64,000 nucleotides of DNA, taken from assembly GCA_964016885.1 (NCBI GenBank), contig OZ024746.1, positions 9,672,001-9,736,000 on the forward strand. The letters are read 5' to 3'. Below are positions 1 through 14,274 of this stretch, in pieces (position 1 is the stretch's first letter; the number at the start of each line of letters is the position of its first letter). The notes under the pieces were generated by a model that searched no databases, was not told the origin of the DNA, and saw only the letters and a list, made by a program, of their open reading frames with translations. This stretch comes from Eledone cirrhosa (lineage: Eukaryota). A program made the position numbers and the translations under genes.

Positions 1-229
1 ATCATACCAAAGTTTTTGTTCTCTATTAGCCTGACACTAGAGATCATATTTCATCATTTGTGTACATAACATTTCTACTAAACACACAGTATTGAGTTCT
101 AATTATATTTGTAAGTTTGAAACTTATTCCAAAACACTTCAACTATATCTACAATGAGAGTTAAGGCTTCAACCTACAAAGCTTCCCTGAGACAACCATT
201 CCTGCATCTGTATTATAGTTTCAAGAACT

Positions 230-540
230 ACAGTAAATAAATGTGAGCTGAGGACAAGCCTCTGATGGACACCTACCTGTACATAGAATTCTTTGTGTTT
301 GTTGCTAACTTTAAATTTTATAACAATAGTTGACTGTCTGACTATAAACTAGAGTAATCATCTACATAGTTGATCAATCTGTTAGAAATAGCAGTTAAAT
401 CTCCCTCAACATCTTACATTAAAAAAAGGCAACAGACATTGGATAATGGAGTCAAGATGAGATATTCACAGCTAGGGTACCTTTGGTCATAGGCTCAGCT
501 CAAACATGGTTGATCAGAGGTTAAACAAGAACAATGACAA
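230..540 (+). mobile_element. Old dispersed SINE-like repeat ending in a CAA-type tail; further decayed copies near 1600-1830, 1850-2010, 10270-10510, 21540-21690, 43060-43240(-), 61600-61815
   Basis: Recurrent motifs tagaaatagcagccaaatctccctcaa, acattagataatgtagt and ggtcatggctggaatgcctttgatcataggtctgct, ending in taaacaacaa. Confidence 0.55.
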
Positions 541-3109
541 CCTGATTAAGCAAATAATTCAAGTAGTGGTTATCTAGCCTAACAAATTTAAAATCTTAGC
601 AACTATTTCTGTTGGACTTGATACTTTTTCTACCTTTAAACCTTTAATATCCTTATTAAAATATACTGGAGTTGTTTTCTTACCTCAGTAGCTGACCCTT
701 TGTTCGTTTTACTTAGGGGCTCTCTCACTATCTCAAAATTATTTTTTGGTTCTTTTCTTTCACTGTCATTATAATAAATTGCACCACTATCTTTAGGATA
801 CAGATCACGCCAGTGATTTTGTGGCTCATGCAAATACACAGCTTTATAATTCAAAATAATTCACATGCTCGCAATTCAAAACAATAGCTTTTTCCTTGAC
901 TAAATAAAACCTAACATCTTGCTTTCCACCAAGCTTCTTAATATTTCTCTTATGCTTTCTATGCCTCTAACTCTTATAGTTATTTCCTTCATTGTCATAC
1001 CCAGTCAAGTCACCCTCTACCTGGTTGGATTTCTGCTTTATCTTTAGAACTGATAAGAGGTTTGCAGCACGTTGTTCACTAAAGATTCATCATTTAATGC
1101 TGTTATAAGATTTGCCTAAACAAAAACAATCTTTATAACTTCTACACACTCTTTCTCTTACTTGTGTATTGCTTCTCAACCTTCCTCAGCCTCAGGACAA
1201 AGTTTCTAACCATTATAATCTCAAGCATCTGACATTTCATTTCTTGTTAAATACAGAATCAATCTTTCTTGCATGCCCCCTTGAGGGGTAGGCACCAGTT
1301 GGACAGATGGTTTTCTGAAATCTGTGTTGAAAATGGTAAGGTCATTTGCATTATATGACTTTGATAATTCTTAATTACTTGTGATACAGCCTCAAGCTAC
1401 TAAATTTTCTGTCCCAAATATAAATTTCAGGTATTTCCTGGATAAGACTGTTAAAATTACCATTTATAATGGCACTATCTCATGCATTAATTCTTGAGAT
1501 AGTCTGCTTATGGTAGTCTCATAGAATCAGTAATTTACCTAAACCAGTAATCCTCAAGGTAAGATATAAGTAAATATCCTAGTTGTTGTCACACTGACTT
1601 ATTATTTGAGCTACATCAGTCAAAGCAGCCTCTGTGTGTTTTCTTTATCTACTAGAAAGAATAGCAATCAGATCTCCCTCAAATCACATTCTACCATCTT
1701 TGAAAAAGTGAGGACACATTAAATAATGTAGTTCAAGTTATGATATTTCTAGAGAAAATGATGTGATGGTCATGATTGCAATGTCTTGAAGCATACGTCT
1801 GCATAATCAGAGCACAACTTCAATCAAGATAATGCCTGATAGCAATAGCAACGAAATTCTGTCACATTACAACCTACCATCTAAATAATGTGGTTCTGTA
1901 GTTCCAGGACATGGAAAAACGACAAGATTGCTATAGCTGGAATGCCTTTGGTCATAAGTCTCCTTGATCAGAGCTGACCTTCAGCTAAACAAAAGTAGCA
2001 GCAACAATAACCAGGAAAGTTGGGGCATCTGCCACATTTAAACTTGACAATGATTGACAAGTTACCAAAGACGTCTCTATGTCGTTGCATAAATTTCAAG
2101 AAATAACAGCCAAATCTCCCTTAAATCACGCCTTACAGATTTTTAAACAAGAAATTATATCTAAGACTACATTAGATAATGAAGAATGCAAAAAGAAATT
2201 TCCCATTGATGGTGTGTGTGTGTGTGTGAACACTTATGTCACTGTTGTTAGTTCCAAATCATTCTCGAACAAACACATCTAATGATCAGTGTAACCTACT
2301 TTATCTGGGAACATTGCATGTGTAGGACTACATCGTATCCCTCTCTTTTGAAATCAGTAGCATGGGATTTGAGAGAGATTTGGCTGTTATTTCTAATGAG
2401 TCAAAGGACCATACAGAAGGTATATTGTTTGCTCATGTACAGTTCATTGTGCTGTGTATGTTAATATGTAGGTGTGGAATAGCTTGCGTGTGTTTAAGTA
2501 CTATGTGTATACATTTGTATATAATGAAGCATAGCTTATTTATTGCAAAGCTAATTACACTTTTAAAAAATAAGAAGTCTCTAAATATATCTATCAGTTA
2601 TATTTTGAGGTTTCTGCTGTTTTCTTTGCCAAAACCTGATGCCAAATGCACATTAATCCATAGTGATTCGACTCAAAGCTCTGCTTTGCATATTTGATTT
2701 GATGTAAATGCTACACCAACTTCTTATGTCAGCATTCACTATAACATTTTAAATAGCGTTTTGTACAGCACACAAATTCTTAGGGATAAATTCACATTCT
2801 TTTTCAATAAGAATAAATTGTTTTTTTATTTCCTTCTTCATTTCCACAGTAAAACATTTAACAAAAATGTTATTTTATTTTCAACCTGGTCATAACCAAG
2901 AACATGAGAAATTCCAAATATAAATCTGGTAGAGGCGCCAAAAGAAGATTCTTTTAAAGTCAAGATATAATAAACATATGTCATACTAGAATTAAAATTC
3001 TGTTTATTAGCAGGTGATATTTTATCATGATATATATTAAAGACTAAAAATATATGAAATAAAAACATAAGTGTTATTCATATATACACACATACATACA
3101 TACATACAT

Positions 3110-4250
3110 AATAATAATAATATAATAATAATAATGAAACTATTGTGTACAGTGCTCAGGTGCACTACAACTCATCACAGGTCCATGTATAGTACAAATA
3201 ATAATGTACAAATGTCAGGAAAATGAACAGTGTATGAGTCATGAAATGCATGTGTGCATGTGTATGGAGGGGGTATATCAGGTATAGTGTTGGCAAATCT
3301 CAGGAAGCATGGAGGTTTTAAAGGATGCAGTATCTCGACAGCTAATAACTGATGCAGGGAGTTTGTTCCATCAAAGAAATGCTCAGAGTTGTTGTTGGCA
3401 AGATGGTTAATAATTTTGTGGATGTTTACCAAGTCAGTTGCCAGACGTCGGAGCTTCAATGTATCCATGCCCAGGGAAGCAAGGCGTTCAGAGTATGGTA
3501 GATGTCTGATGGAGAGTATTCGCTTGGTTGCACATCTCTGAACAGTTTCCAGGCGGTCAATGTTCTGAGCAAGATAGGGGTTCCAGACTGGTGGTGCAAA
3601 TTCTAAGTGTGGCCGTACCATAGCTATATACAGCTTTAAATAGATAGCTGGAGAGCGGCTGACAAAGGTCTTGCTGAGTGATGCTAAGACACCCTCAGCC
3701 TTCTTGACAATCTTAGAGACATGCTTCGTCCAACACAAATCGCTGCTGACTGTAATGACCAGGTCACGTTCACAAGAAGACTTCTTGATATTAGAGTTGT
3801 GGAGGGAGTATGTGGACGCTGGGTTTTTACTCCCAAAATTCATAGTGGTACACATGTCCACAGCTAGCTTGAGTTGCCAGTCTGTGATCCATTGTTGCAT
3901 TGTGTCCAGGTCAGATTAGAGGCAAGATCTATAGTGTTCAGGATCGGTCCTTTTATCTCAAGGTACAGCTTGATGTCATCTGCATATTTCAGTACTGTGG
4001 CATTCTTTAAGTTGGCATCTATGTCATTAATATATGCCACAAACAAAAGAGGGTCAAGAACAAATCCCTGTGGTACACCAGATGACATCTCATACGGTCA
4101 GGAATGCTGTCGTAGAACCGTGACTACCTTTCTTCGACTTAGAATGAAGGACTTCAACCAGTTAAAAAGATCATCCTTCACACACATTGCAGTGTTTTGC
4201 CATAAGTCTTTTGTGTGGCACAGAATTGAAAGCTTTAGCAAAGTCGTGTG
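3110..4250 (-). mobile_element. 5'-truncated, frameshifted CR1-like LINE reverse transcriptase fragment with 3' (ATT)n tail
   Basis: Across several frames: DFAKAFNSVPH, SGVPQGFVLDPLLF, YADDIKL, ERDLVITVSSDL, VRPHLEFAPPVWNPY, LPYSERL; (TAA)n at 3110-3134 marks the 3' end. Confidence 0.85.
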
Positions 4251-4361
4251 GCACAGACATACATAAACACACACACTCATCAGATGACAATAGACTTTCA
4301 AGAATTATAATCATGATTATTATCAATTGTAATATATATATATAATATTAAAAGGTAACAA

Positions 4362-4657
4362 AGAATCAGTATTTCATCAGCATTTAATTACATATTACAT
4401 ATATTTTTCTGCCGATCACTTCAAAAACCGATTGATTAATATTTGATGCTGACTCTGGAATCGGAAGCTCCTCAAATATGTGTTCATATGTAGATGCACG
4501 GCCAAGTGTGGTTGAATTGTTAAGTTTCTGATTTATTATCTGAGGAACTTCCAATTCCAGAGTCAGGATTGAATATTAATCGATCGTTCATTGAGCTGAT
4601 CAGCAGTGAAGGATATGTAGTATGTAATTAAATATGTAAATGATGCAATACTGATTT
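4362..4657. repeat. Degenerate inverted repeat, arms about 110 bp
   Basis: aatcagtatttcatc...tgactctggaatcggaagctcctca mirrored by tgaggaacttccaattccagagtca...gatgcaatactgatt. Confidence 0.75.
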
Positions 4658-5144
4658 TTTTTCCCTGTTCATATTATTAAATCCCACCGAGGTTAACTTT
4701 GCTTTTCCCTGCTTATATATATATATATTAAAATAACATTAAAGTTTAAGCAAAGAATTGCTGCTTTCACCCTTAATGGGATCTTCTGAAACTAATTTAT
4801 CCTTATCGAGCGCTCTTTGGATTTTAGTCTTCGTATTTATTATTATTACTATATATATATATATATACAGCCAAAGTAGAAAGTAGCTATATAGATATAT
4901 ATATACCCATACATACATATAAATATATATACACCAATTGCCAATCAATAAAATATCTAATCTCACTATGTTTATGTCATTATAGATAGAAATATAGAAG
5001 AGCTATCATTTAAGGGTAGAAGAAAAAGATAACATATATAACACACAGCTTATACAACAAATTCAGATGAAAGAATAGATTTCTTAAATCATTTATTAAC
5101 TTACAGTTGTTTCAATACAACAGTCAAATCGGACTACTTTCAGT

Positions 5145-5835
5145 AGGGTTTGATTTTGACCTTGGGAGGACTGGGGCACTTCAGGTTTGGGGGGCCCCTC
5201 ATACACAAAAAATTAAAATACACAGTACCCCCTCCCCCTTCTCATTTTACATATCAAAGTTAGCTTGGCACAAGTAATTGGAATTGAAAAATTGTATGTC
5301 ATCATCATCCTCATTTTACGTCCACTTTTCCCTGCTTGCAAGGGTGGGACGGGAACTGATTCTGGCTTGATTTCTACAGCTGGATACCCTTCCTAACACC
5401 AACCTCATTTACAGTGTGGGCTGGGTGCATTTTTGCCATGGCACCTCCACGACCACTTTGCAGTGGAATGATAAGGACCCCAGTCCCTATCATCTCATTT
5501 CTGCAGCTGAATAAACTGGAGCAATGTGAAATAAAGTGTCTTGCTCAAGGAAACAACACATCATCCGGTCTGAGAATTGAATTCACAACCTTTCGATTGC
5601 AAGGCCAATGCTCTAACCACTAAGCCATGTGCCTCCATATATATAAAGGAATTAAACTGAAAAATTATGCATAACGGAATTAAATTAAAAAATTCTACGA
5701 TCCTAAAACTAAAAGTTCCAGCTGAGAGCACAAATAAATTGCTACAGCCGTTGCTGGTGAGCCCCCCCCCCCCCCCCCCCACTGCTGGGGGCTGGGGGCA
5801 ATTGCCCCTTTTTCCCCCCATTAAATCTAGCCCTG
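5145..5835. mobile_element. Probable decayed GC-ended MITE interrupted by a SINE
   Basis: agggtttgatt...ctggggcact...ggggccccc at the left and gggggcaattgcccc...aatctagccctg at the right resemble cagggccggatt/aatccggccctg-type termini. Confidence 0.35.
5299..5636 (-). mobile_element. tRNA-derived CORE-type SINE with RTE-like 3' tail
   Basis: Minus strand: A box tggcttagtgg, B box gaattcaattc, CORE-like ccttgagcaagacactt, then ggttggtgttaggaagggtatccagc and ggacgtaaaatga(gat)n tail. Confidence 0.85.
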
Positions 5836-5879
5836 GTTGCTAGGACAATACAATAAAATAAAATAAAAAGGAAATTGGA

Positions 5880-6085
5880 AAAATGTGTACACACTTTGAT
5901 TACCTGTACAGGTAATATTTATTATAATTGTTTCTACTTTTGGCACAAGGCCAGCAATTATCTCAGTGTATTACTGGTACTTTATTTTAGTAATTACACT
6001 GGGATAATTGCTGGCCTTGTGCCAAAAGTAGAAACAATTATAATAAATATTGCCTGTACAGGTAATCAAAGTTTGTACACATTTT
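5880..6085. repeat. Near-perfect foldback with arms about 95 bp, including a SINE end
   Basis: aaaatgtgtacacactttgattacctgtacagg...cagtgtattact mirrored at 5989-6085. Confidence 0.9.
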
Positions 6086-6489
6086 GTGTATGCAATATTT
6101 ATTATAATGTTGTGGAAGTGTGTGTACATTTTAGGGGACACTCTGTATATATTGAACATAGCTAAGTACCAGTGATAGCGTTGTATCTTCAGAGGTATTA
6201 ATTATAACCAATGACCTGATAAAAGAAAACCTAAAGGGGAGAGGAAATGTGTTCATTGATCGAAGGCTACATTTTAATGAAATTTTATTAGGTGATGAAG
6301 CATTATTCATGACGTCATAAGGAATGGTATTGATTATTTGAAATACTGTAAACGATATAAGCTCACGAAAATTAGATCGAGATAGATTAATGTATTAAGG
6401 TAAAAAATTAAAATTATAATGGGACAAAAACAAAGATAAATTTATAGAATTAATTAAAGTGTTTGAAGAATGTAGCAAACGTAACATGT

Positions 6490-6521
<32 letters not shown>

Positions 6522-6638
6522 TATGTAAAATCCCAGTTTTACATATCTCTATATCCACTCTGAAATCTCCCCATGCATTGAGTACTCCCATGATTAGAGT
6601 TCTCCCTGGTCTCAGCACCATATACTTTGTCTTTCTCT

Positions 6639-6680
<42 letters not shown>

Positions 6681-6685
<5 letters not shown>

Positions 6686-6813
6686 TAAAATTAGAACAAG
6701 AAGACGGGACTGACCTTCATCAGTGATCTTCCAGCCATCATTGGTATTTCTTCACATTAAAGACCAGTCACTGATGACGGACAGTCCTGTCTTCTTGTTC
6801 TAACTTTATTCAT
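6681..6813. repeat. Inverted repeat in a (TA)n tract; each arm contains CTGATGA
   Basis: Arms 6681-6726 and 6768-6813; flanked by TA microsatellites. Confidence 0.8.
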
Positions 6814-6848
6814 TTGTATCCCATTTGCAACAACGCAGCACGCCATTT

Positions 6849-6953
<105 letters not shown>

Positions 6954-7091
6954 TCTTAAAATATAAAGGGAGATAAGGAAATAACTACTATAAAAAAATG
7001 GTATAGCAATTAGAATTAAAGGAATTTTTCTGGAATGAGCTTCAAATATGTGTTTATAGATTTGATAAGTATAAAGCAAGTATAATTGATA

Positions 7092-7285
7092 ATAACTGCT
7101 TCTAATTTTGGCACAAGGCCAGCAATTATCCAGTGTATTACTGGTACCTTATTTTATCGACCCCGTAAGGATAAAAGACAAAGTTAACCTCAGCAGGATT
7201 TGAATTCATATCATAAAGGGCCGTAACTCTATGCTGAAAAACATGGCGTCTGACCCTCTACCGATACTGCCAATCCACCGCCCTA
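7092..7285 (-). mobile_element. Meta-domain-like SINE
   Basis: Minus strand ggcggtggattggcagtatcggtag...gaattcaaatcctgctgaggttaactttgtcttttatccttacggggtcgataaaataaggtaccag...ggccttgtgccaaa. Confidence 0.8.
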
Positions 7286-7389
7286 ATAATAACGAAACTA
7301 TTATACATATATATATTACACACATAATAGAAACTTACTGTTCTCTAAACACTGATTTCCATTCTTCACTCTGTTCTTTACCTTCTTTA

Positions 7390-7680
7390 TCACACACACA
7401 CATACACACAAACACACACACACATACACACATACACACATACACACACACATACGCGCGCACACACATACACACACATACACACACCCTGTTCTTTACC
7501 TTTATCACAAACACACACACACACACACACACACATGCACACACACACATACACACACACATACACACACACATACGCACACACACACGCACATACACAC
7601 ACATACACACATACACACAAACACACACATACACACACTTACACACACATACACACAAACACACCTACACACACATACAG
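7390..7680. repeat. (CA)n/(CATA)n microsatellite complex
   Basis: Directly visible. Confidence 0.95.
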
Positions 7681-10600
7681 GGAAAACTTGAGGAGTTGGA
7701 GGTTGGACATTATTCGTTTTTCTACATCAATTGCTCTCACACTTTTAATTCTAACTAAGCATCCACTTACACAGATAATACTTCCCTTCAATTCTGTTTA
7801 CCACACAGACCATCAACCATATAGAACTAAGAACATTCTAAATATTCTGCCTATCCCCTCAGATAGATACTTTATTTTGTTAATATAAAAAGAATGTAAG
7901 ACAAAGTTGATCTGTGTGAGATTAGAACTGATTGGAGAGAGACCTGGAAAAGTCTCTGCCATTTTACTGCGAGACCTTAAAATATTGAATGTGCTCTAGC
8001 TACACCTTTTAGATTTAAAGATAGCTATAGGGAATACATAGACAACAAATTGGCAGAATTGTTAGAACATTGGAGAAAATACTTTGTGATATTTATTCCA
8101 GCTCTTTAATGTTCTGAGTTCAAAACTTGTTGAGATAAACTTTGCTTTTCATTCTTCCAGTTTGATAAAATAAGGTATCCATCCTAAGCAGTAGATTAGC
8201 AGAACTTTAAGAGCATTATATGTTCTGGAACTTTACATTTTGAGTAGCTGGTAATGTGTGATAATGTTGTTTCTATCTAGCTGTCAAGATGGTGTCTTGT
8301 AAAAAAGACAAGGAAGAAAATGGGAAATCTCCTTTGTATTCTCTCATAAAATTCTGTGTCATGCATGTAGAACTTGTCAGCAAAGTCACCAGGGTGCTGT
8401 TCATCAATATGAATATGCAAGGAAAGGGAAAGCATAGTTGCTAATGTAAGGAAGAAACAAACGAAGAAAATGGAGGGGAGAATGATTTACTAAAAGGGTA
8501 GTGTTAACCTGTATGAAAGATAGAGAACAAGTGAGGTGAGTGAGCAACTGGGTACTAATGACTTTAACCAATGTATGCAGCCAAGTTAACTTTCAGCATG
8601 AGATGAAAAAGGCTAATGAATCTGATATGATAAAAATATATACTAAGTCATCATCATGTCTGAGCTTCCAAATCAATTCAAAAGTACCAAAATGAATGGG
8701 GATATATATTGTAGACACTCTCATGAAGGAAATGAGCTTTAAAGCATTGATGATGATGTTGACTGTAAATATATGTATGCAAAAAGTAAACAGAAATAAC
8801 AAAGCAAATGTCACAGTACATATAGTATGTATATATGAGTGTGTGCATGTATAACAGTGTATATGTGTTGCAGCTAATTGATTTCTTTGACTGAGGCAAG
8901 AATTTAAGGATCCTTATGCCATTAAAAGTGCTGTGATGTGAACTTAGATGTCTTGAATTAGTACAAATAACAACTGTAAAATAAGAGTGACAATGATAAA
9001 CAGTTAAATATTAAACTTGTTCAAATTTGCCCTCAGATTTGGCAAATGCAGCAGAAAACAATTCTGGTAAATTCTTCTCTGTAACCTTTTATAGATATTT
9101 TATCATCTGGATGGATAACTTACTCAATTATATTTACATATGTGAATGTGAAGACACATGGTGTTCATGAGTTAATGAGGAAACGTCTATACATTTTCAA
9201 GACTTGCTGGAGATAGCACACAAATCTCCCTCACATAACTCTCTATCATCGTAAAAAATCTAGAGCCTTTTATGAAGAAAGATATGATAATCACAGGTCT
9301 GCTATTGCAGGATTGAAATTTGTTTTTGTTTTTTGGGGCTTGATTTGTTCTGCAAAAATGTGCAGTTCTTGTGGCCTTTGCTGACCTTTTGAAATTGGTA
9401 AGATTAATATAGTTATTGGTCTTCTTGAATGTACAGCAAATCAATGGACAGCCACTGGAAAAATGTGATAAGGCAGATATTCTGAAGAGCTGATATTCTG
9501 AGTATGAGAAAGATTGAGCATAGTAGTCACTTTGAGGCCTGGTGGTTGCGGTGGGGGTCTAATATATCTGGTGGGAGGAGGAATATTCCAGAGCGTTTGA
9601 AAATAGGTGACAGAAGACCATCAAATGACTTGAGTTAATTTACCTTTTTTTTCCACTGCTCATATAGATAACAACATCTACTTTAATAGGGCATATGAGT
9701 TTACATGTGTTTAGATATATGTGGTAATTTGTGGTGCTGTTTATTTAGCCCCAAATTACTTCTGATAGAACCAAACTAAAATCAAAGCCATTCAAGACCA
9801 AACAATTCAGTTTTTGTCAGGCATATCTTATACTACATTATGTAAAATTCTTTTTAATTTTTAAAAGCCAACAATGTGTAATAATTTCAGGAGAGTACAT
9901 ATGTGCATTGATTTTATATTATATCAATAATCAATAATCAATATATGTATAAGTTTACATATTTCATATGAATGCATTTATATGCAATCATTCCTTTTAG
10001 ATTTTTACCTTTGTTTTAGATACAATGGCTGGAGCCCTGCTGGAGTCCCACCTTTAAATGATATCATTAAATATTTGTTCTGGCTCATTAAGTTCTGAGC
10101 TCAAATTCTACTACAGTTAACTTTGCCTTCTTTTTTTCTCAGATCAGAATAAAGTAAAAAGATTGTTTTAATCTGCCAACACCTCTTCCCTAATTGCTAG
10201 CCTTATTCTTACATAAGAAAATATCATAACATAATGAGGTTCTAAATTTCACGCATGCAAAAGAATGAAAACAACTCTCAGGAGTAAGTAGGACCCTCTC
10301 CATGTAGTCACTGAAACTGACAGAAATACCAACCAAATTTCCTTCAAACTACACCCTACTGTCTCTTAAAAAAAGGTAAAAACTTATAATCTAGCCTGGT
10401 ATACATTAGTCTTGGAAAAAAAACCTAATACAATGGATAGTCATTACTTAAATACCATAGGCCACAGGTAGGCTAAATACAGTCTGACCTAAAACTAAAG
10501 AATAACAACAAACAAACTTAAGATTCCATGTGTCAGAACCTAACACAATTTTATCCTTTTGGTTCAAAAGTATTGTGCAGGTGTAACTCTGGCTGCAACT

Positions 10601-11818
10601 GATTACATATCACTGCATATATTTGGTGTTTCTATGGCTAACATAAATCATGACTAACACACAGGTGCCAACAATTTGTCAGAGATAAACACCTATGATG
10701 CAATGTTTCTAAATTACTGATCTCATTTGTTTACTATGTGAAATGCGAAAGACACATAAAGATTAGTAACATTTCAAATACAATTTCCTCTGAGTGTGTG
10801 TTTGTGGCTTTTATGTAATTGTAACATATGTTGAATGATATTATATTATATACATACATACATACATACATACATACATACATGCATACACACACACATA
10901 CATACACACACACATACATACATATGTGTGTGTGTGTGTAGTAAGATATTGGTGAATGTGAAAAAGGAAAAGTGTACTCAATTGAATATGAGAGCTGATA
11001 TATTATTGTTCATACACGGAACCCTGATATGAGAACCAGCACAGCACTGGCAAAAAGAGTGTGGCAATTAAAGGAGAAATGTTACATGGAAGGTAGATGA
11101 AAGGTCCAGACCTTATACCCATGGTACCAAGAGATGTTGTCTCTGTCTCGATGAAAATTTAGAATATTACAAGGTTTTTCATCTCTGAACGATTATTATT
11201 TGAACTCAAAGAACAAAGTTTTTAGATGATGTCTACATCTTAAAGGCCACCTCCTTGCTAAGAGGAAACACTAAATAAATTCAACTGATTTTCAACTAAT
11301 TTAATATTGATTTATACACTTTCTTAATAACCTTTCTTTTTCCACACTTACATAATACTGTGTGCTTTCTATACTACTCAACTCTATACCTTAATGAATA
11401 TAAATATCTCTATATTACATACCACCACATCATACCATACATCTGCTATGTTGCCATTAAACTAAAACGTGTAATCCTACTTGTGAGGGCAGAGTATTAA
11501 GACTGGGAAGGTGAATGGGGAAGAATAAATAATGATTCTTATCCAACTTTGATAAGAACCACTTCCTGAAAAATGTGAAACAGAGAAATATTTTGTTACA
11601 GTATTATTTGTTCTAGTAATTGCATGTACAACATAAAGTAAATGATGTGGGCCAAAAGAAGCCAGATACTCCCTTGTAATATCAATACTGGTCAACTTTG
11701 CTGAAGTGACCAATAATGTTTGAATTGGCTGAAATTGTTGAGATCTCCAAGTAACAGTTCATGGAAGCAATACTCAGCACTTTAAGCTGTCGTTAGAATA
11801 TACACACACACACATATT

Positions 11819-11867
<49 letters not shown>

Positions 11868-11870
<3 letters not shown>

Positions 11871-12024
11871 GGAAAAGAGTCAGGACCCCAAGCCGTCGAA
11901 ATGATGGCTTGAGCTCTGCCGTCGGGGTCCTGACTATTTTCCTATTATCCACTCTACTACCCAAAGTATCGAGTACTCTGGTGCGTTATGGTCTACCTGG
12001 TTCCTTACCACACTTCCTTCGTTA
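11868..12024. mobile_element. Short structured insert between microsatellites: inverted repeat plus one-sided tail
   Basis: ataggaaaagagtcaggacccc / ggggtcctgactattttcctat arms, inner aagccgtc/gatggctt hairpin, tail with actctac...gtatcgagtac. Confidence 0.6.
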
Positions 12025-12053
12025 TATATATATATGTGTGTGTGTGTGTGTTG

Positions 12054-12097
<44 letters not shown>

Positions 12098-13631
12098 GAC
12101 TACAACATATATCTATATGTCTGTGTGAATGTACATGCCTGTTTAATGTATCTACGTACACAAGTCTATAAATACACTGAGTGCAACAGGGAATAGTCAC
12201 ACTTGTGCACATGTACAGTAGTTTTATGAATACATATGACTGATAAACAAAGATTCTGTTATAAGTCAATATATAACAAATGCTAACATAAACTAAAGTG
12301 AACACTTTTATACAAATACTATAATTTTATGAAATAGAAATATCACCATTTGCTAGATTCTAATCAAATGTTTCAAATTTGCGCCTTCTAGTGCCAACTA
12401 AGCTTGCAATCTTCTGGGTGCTATTTGTCAAATGTTCAGACATAAATCTCTTATAGTATGTTGAAAATAAAATAGCATTTCATATTTCATATGACTGATT
12501 TTCTACTAAAACAGAACACCAGTAACAATAATACTACTACTACTACAAGTACTACTACTATGATACCAGGCATTAAAATGGTCTAATGTAGGAGCTACTA
12601 TAAGGTACATCATTCTGCTAAAATAGCAGCTATGTCTCTGACAAGAAGGACACAATTGGTGATGAAGTCTTAGGCACATGTACTATGTGTGTATAAATAA
12701 CAGTAAATTAGTAATAATTCAACTCAATAATTATTTCAGTGTTTTTGTATGACTTCCTCTCATGCACGTATTCATTGGAGCCATTTGTAAATTCATTTAT
12801 CTCACTACAAGGTAGATATTGTCAGTACTTCTAGTTAAGATTAGTCTCACCTTGTTTGAAATCACTTCTGGTAAGCAGGTGCACAGGAAGCAAACAGCAG
12901 CACATTTTAAACACAGACAAAAACACTGAATAGTCTGTTGATAATCAGGAAAATATTCCAGAATCTGTATTAATTTATGTGAGAAATCCACAGGAGAAAA
13001 TTCTTTGGATTTTTTATCATGTCATCCTGTTCTTTAAATAAACAGAAAAAAACTGGTACAGTTATTAAAAGAATATATTATTATAACAGATAGAGATGAA
13101 GTATAATGGGTGTTTAAAGAACTAGTTGTTCTTGGAGAGAAAATGCTTATTCTCCCCTGCAAGGTTTTTATAGTTATGTGAGGGTTAAACATCTGGAATA
13201 ACAAATATGTCAGTTATATAGAACACTGGGAAAATATTCAGCTGTTATAACTTAGATATGACCTCATCATTTCCGTTTAGCTATGTAATAAATATAATGT
13301 CCAGATGGAGTACCCGATAGTGAGGTGCTTCTCCCATCAAGATTTATTTCTATACCATTTACCATTGATAAAACAAAGGCTTCCAAGTTCATGCAGATGT
13401 GATCCAGCATCCCTAAAGAGCTTAAGAACATAGACACACAGACATCCACTCATACACACTCTTAGTATATTGCACTTGATACTGGTTACATCTTTTAAAA
13501 ATCATCTTTCAGCTTTCACAGACAATGTTGCCACATACACATATTTGGTTTGAGAATACCTATTGCCAGGGAAACTTGCTTTTAATCCTGACAAAACATG
13601 GAATATATAAATGCTACATTAAATGATAAGG

Positions 13632-13760
13632 ATAATAATTGTTTCTACTTTTGGCAGAAAGCCAGCAATTACCCTAGTGTATTACTGGTGCTTTATTTTA
13701 TCAGCCCCGTAAGGATGAAAGACAAAGTTAACTGTGGCAGGATTTGAACTCATAACTCTA
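13632..13760 (-). mobile_element. Meta-domain-like SINE, partial
   Basis: Same consensus as 7092-7285. Confidence 0.7.
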
Positions 13761-14218
13761 TGCAGCAAATATGATGTTATCTATATTTACATATATTTTC
13801 TATTTAGTGGTTATAATAAATATGAAACCAGAATGACAAGTGAAATGCTTTACCAGAGAGCTGAAGATATATTTTCATCCAAATCAATGTCCTATTTCCA
13901 GCTTGACATTAACAAATCAGTCTTAATTAGATACCAAATAACTGTGTAGTCATATAGAATAAACTTTTTACTGTTTTAGTTTTACATTTATGTCTATGTT
14001 ACTGCATCTAATTATCTAGTCTAACATCTCTGTGGATGTGATTATTACAGAAAAGTTCCTTCAGGGTAGGGGTTTATCAATAAACTGGATATGTTCATTA
14101 AGAGTATTTACTTAATGATTTCATTTCGGTATTAAAGAATTCCAAAGAAATACATATCTTTTATTCTGTAATTCTAATTAGTTATTGAATAATTGCTACA
14201 ACAGCTGATGGCTTGTGA

Positions 14219-14272
<54 letters not shown>

Positions 14273-14274
<2 letters not shown>

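Noticed and set aside
636-854. Possible host coding exon (minus strand) with gag|gtaaga donor at about 684
   Set aside because: Weak acceptor, upstream in-frame stop, no recognisable domain or partner exons
5570-5636. tRNA gene
   Set aside because: tRNA-like head continues into the CORE body and tail; it is a SINE (likewise 43644, 44481, 50688)
12851-13033. Exon-like segment on the minus strand with plausible acceptor and donor
   Set aside because: Stops in all three frames; could only be non-coding and cannot be supported without RNA data
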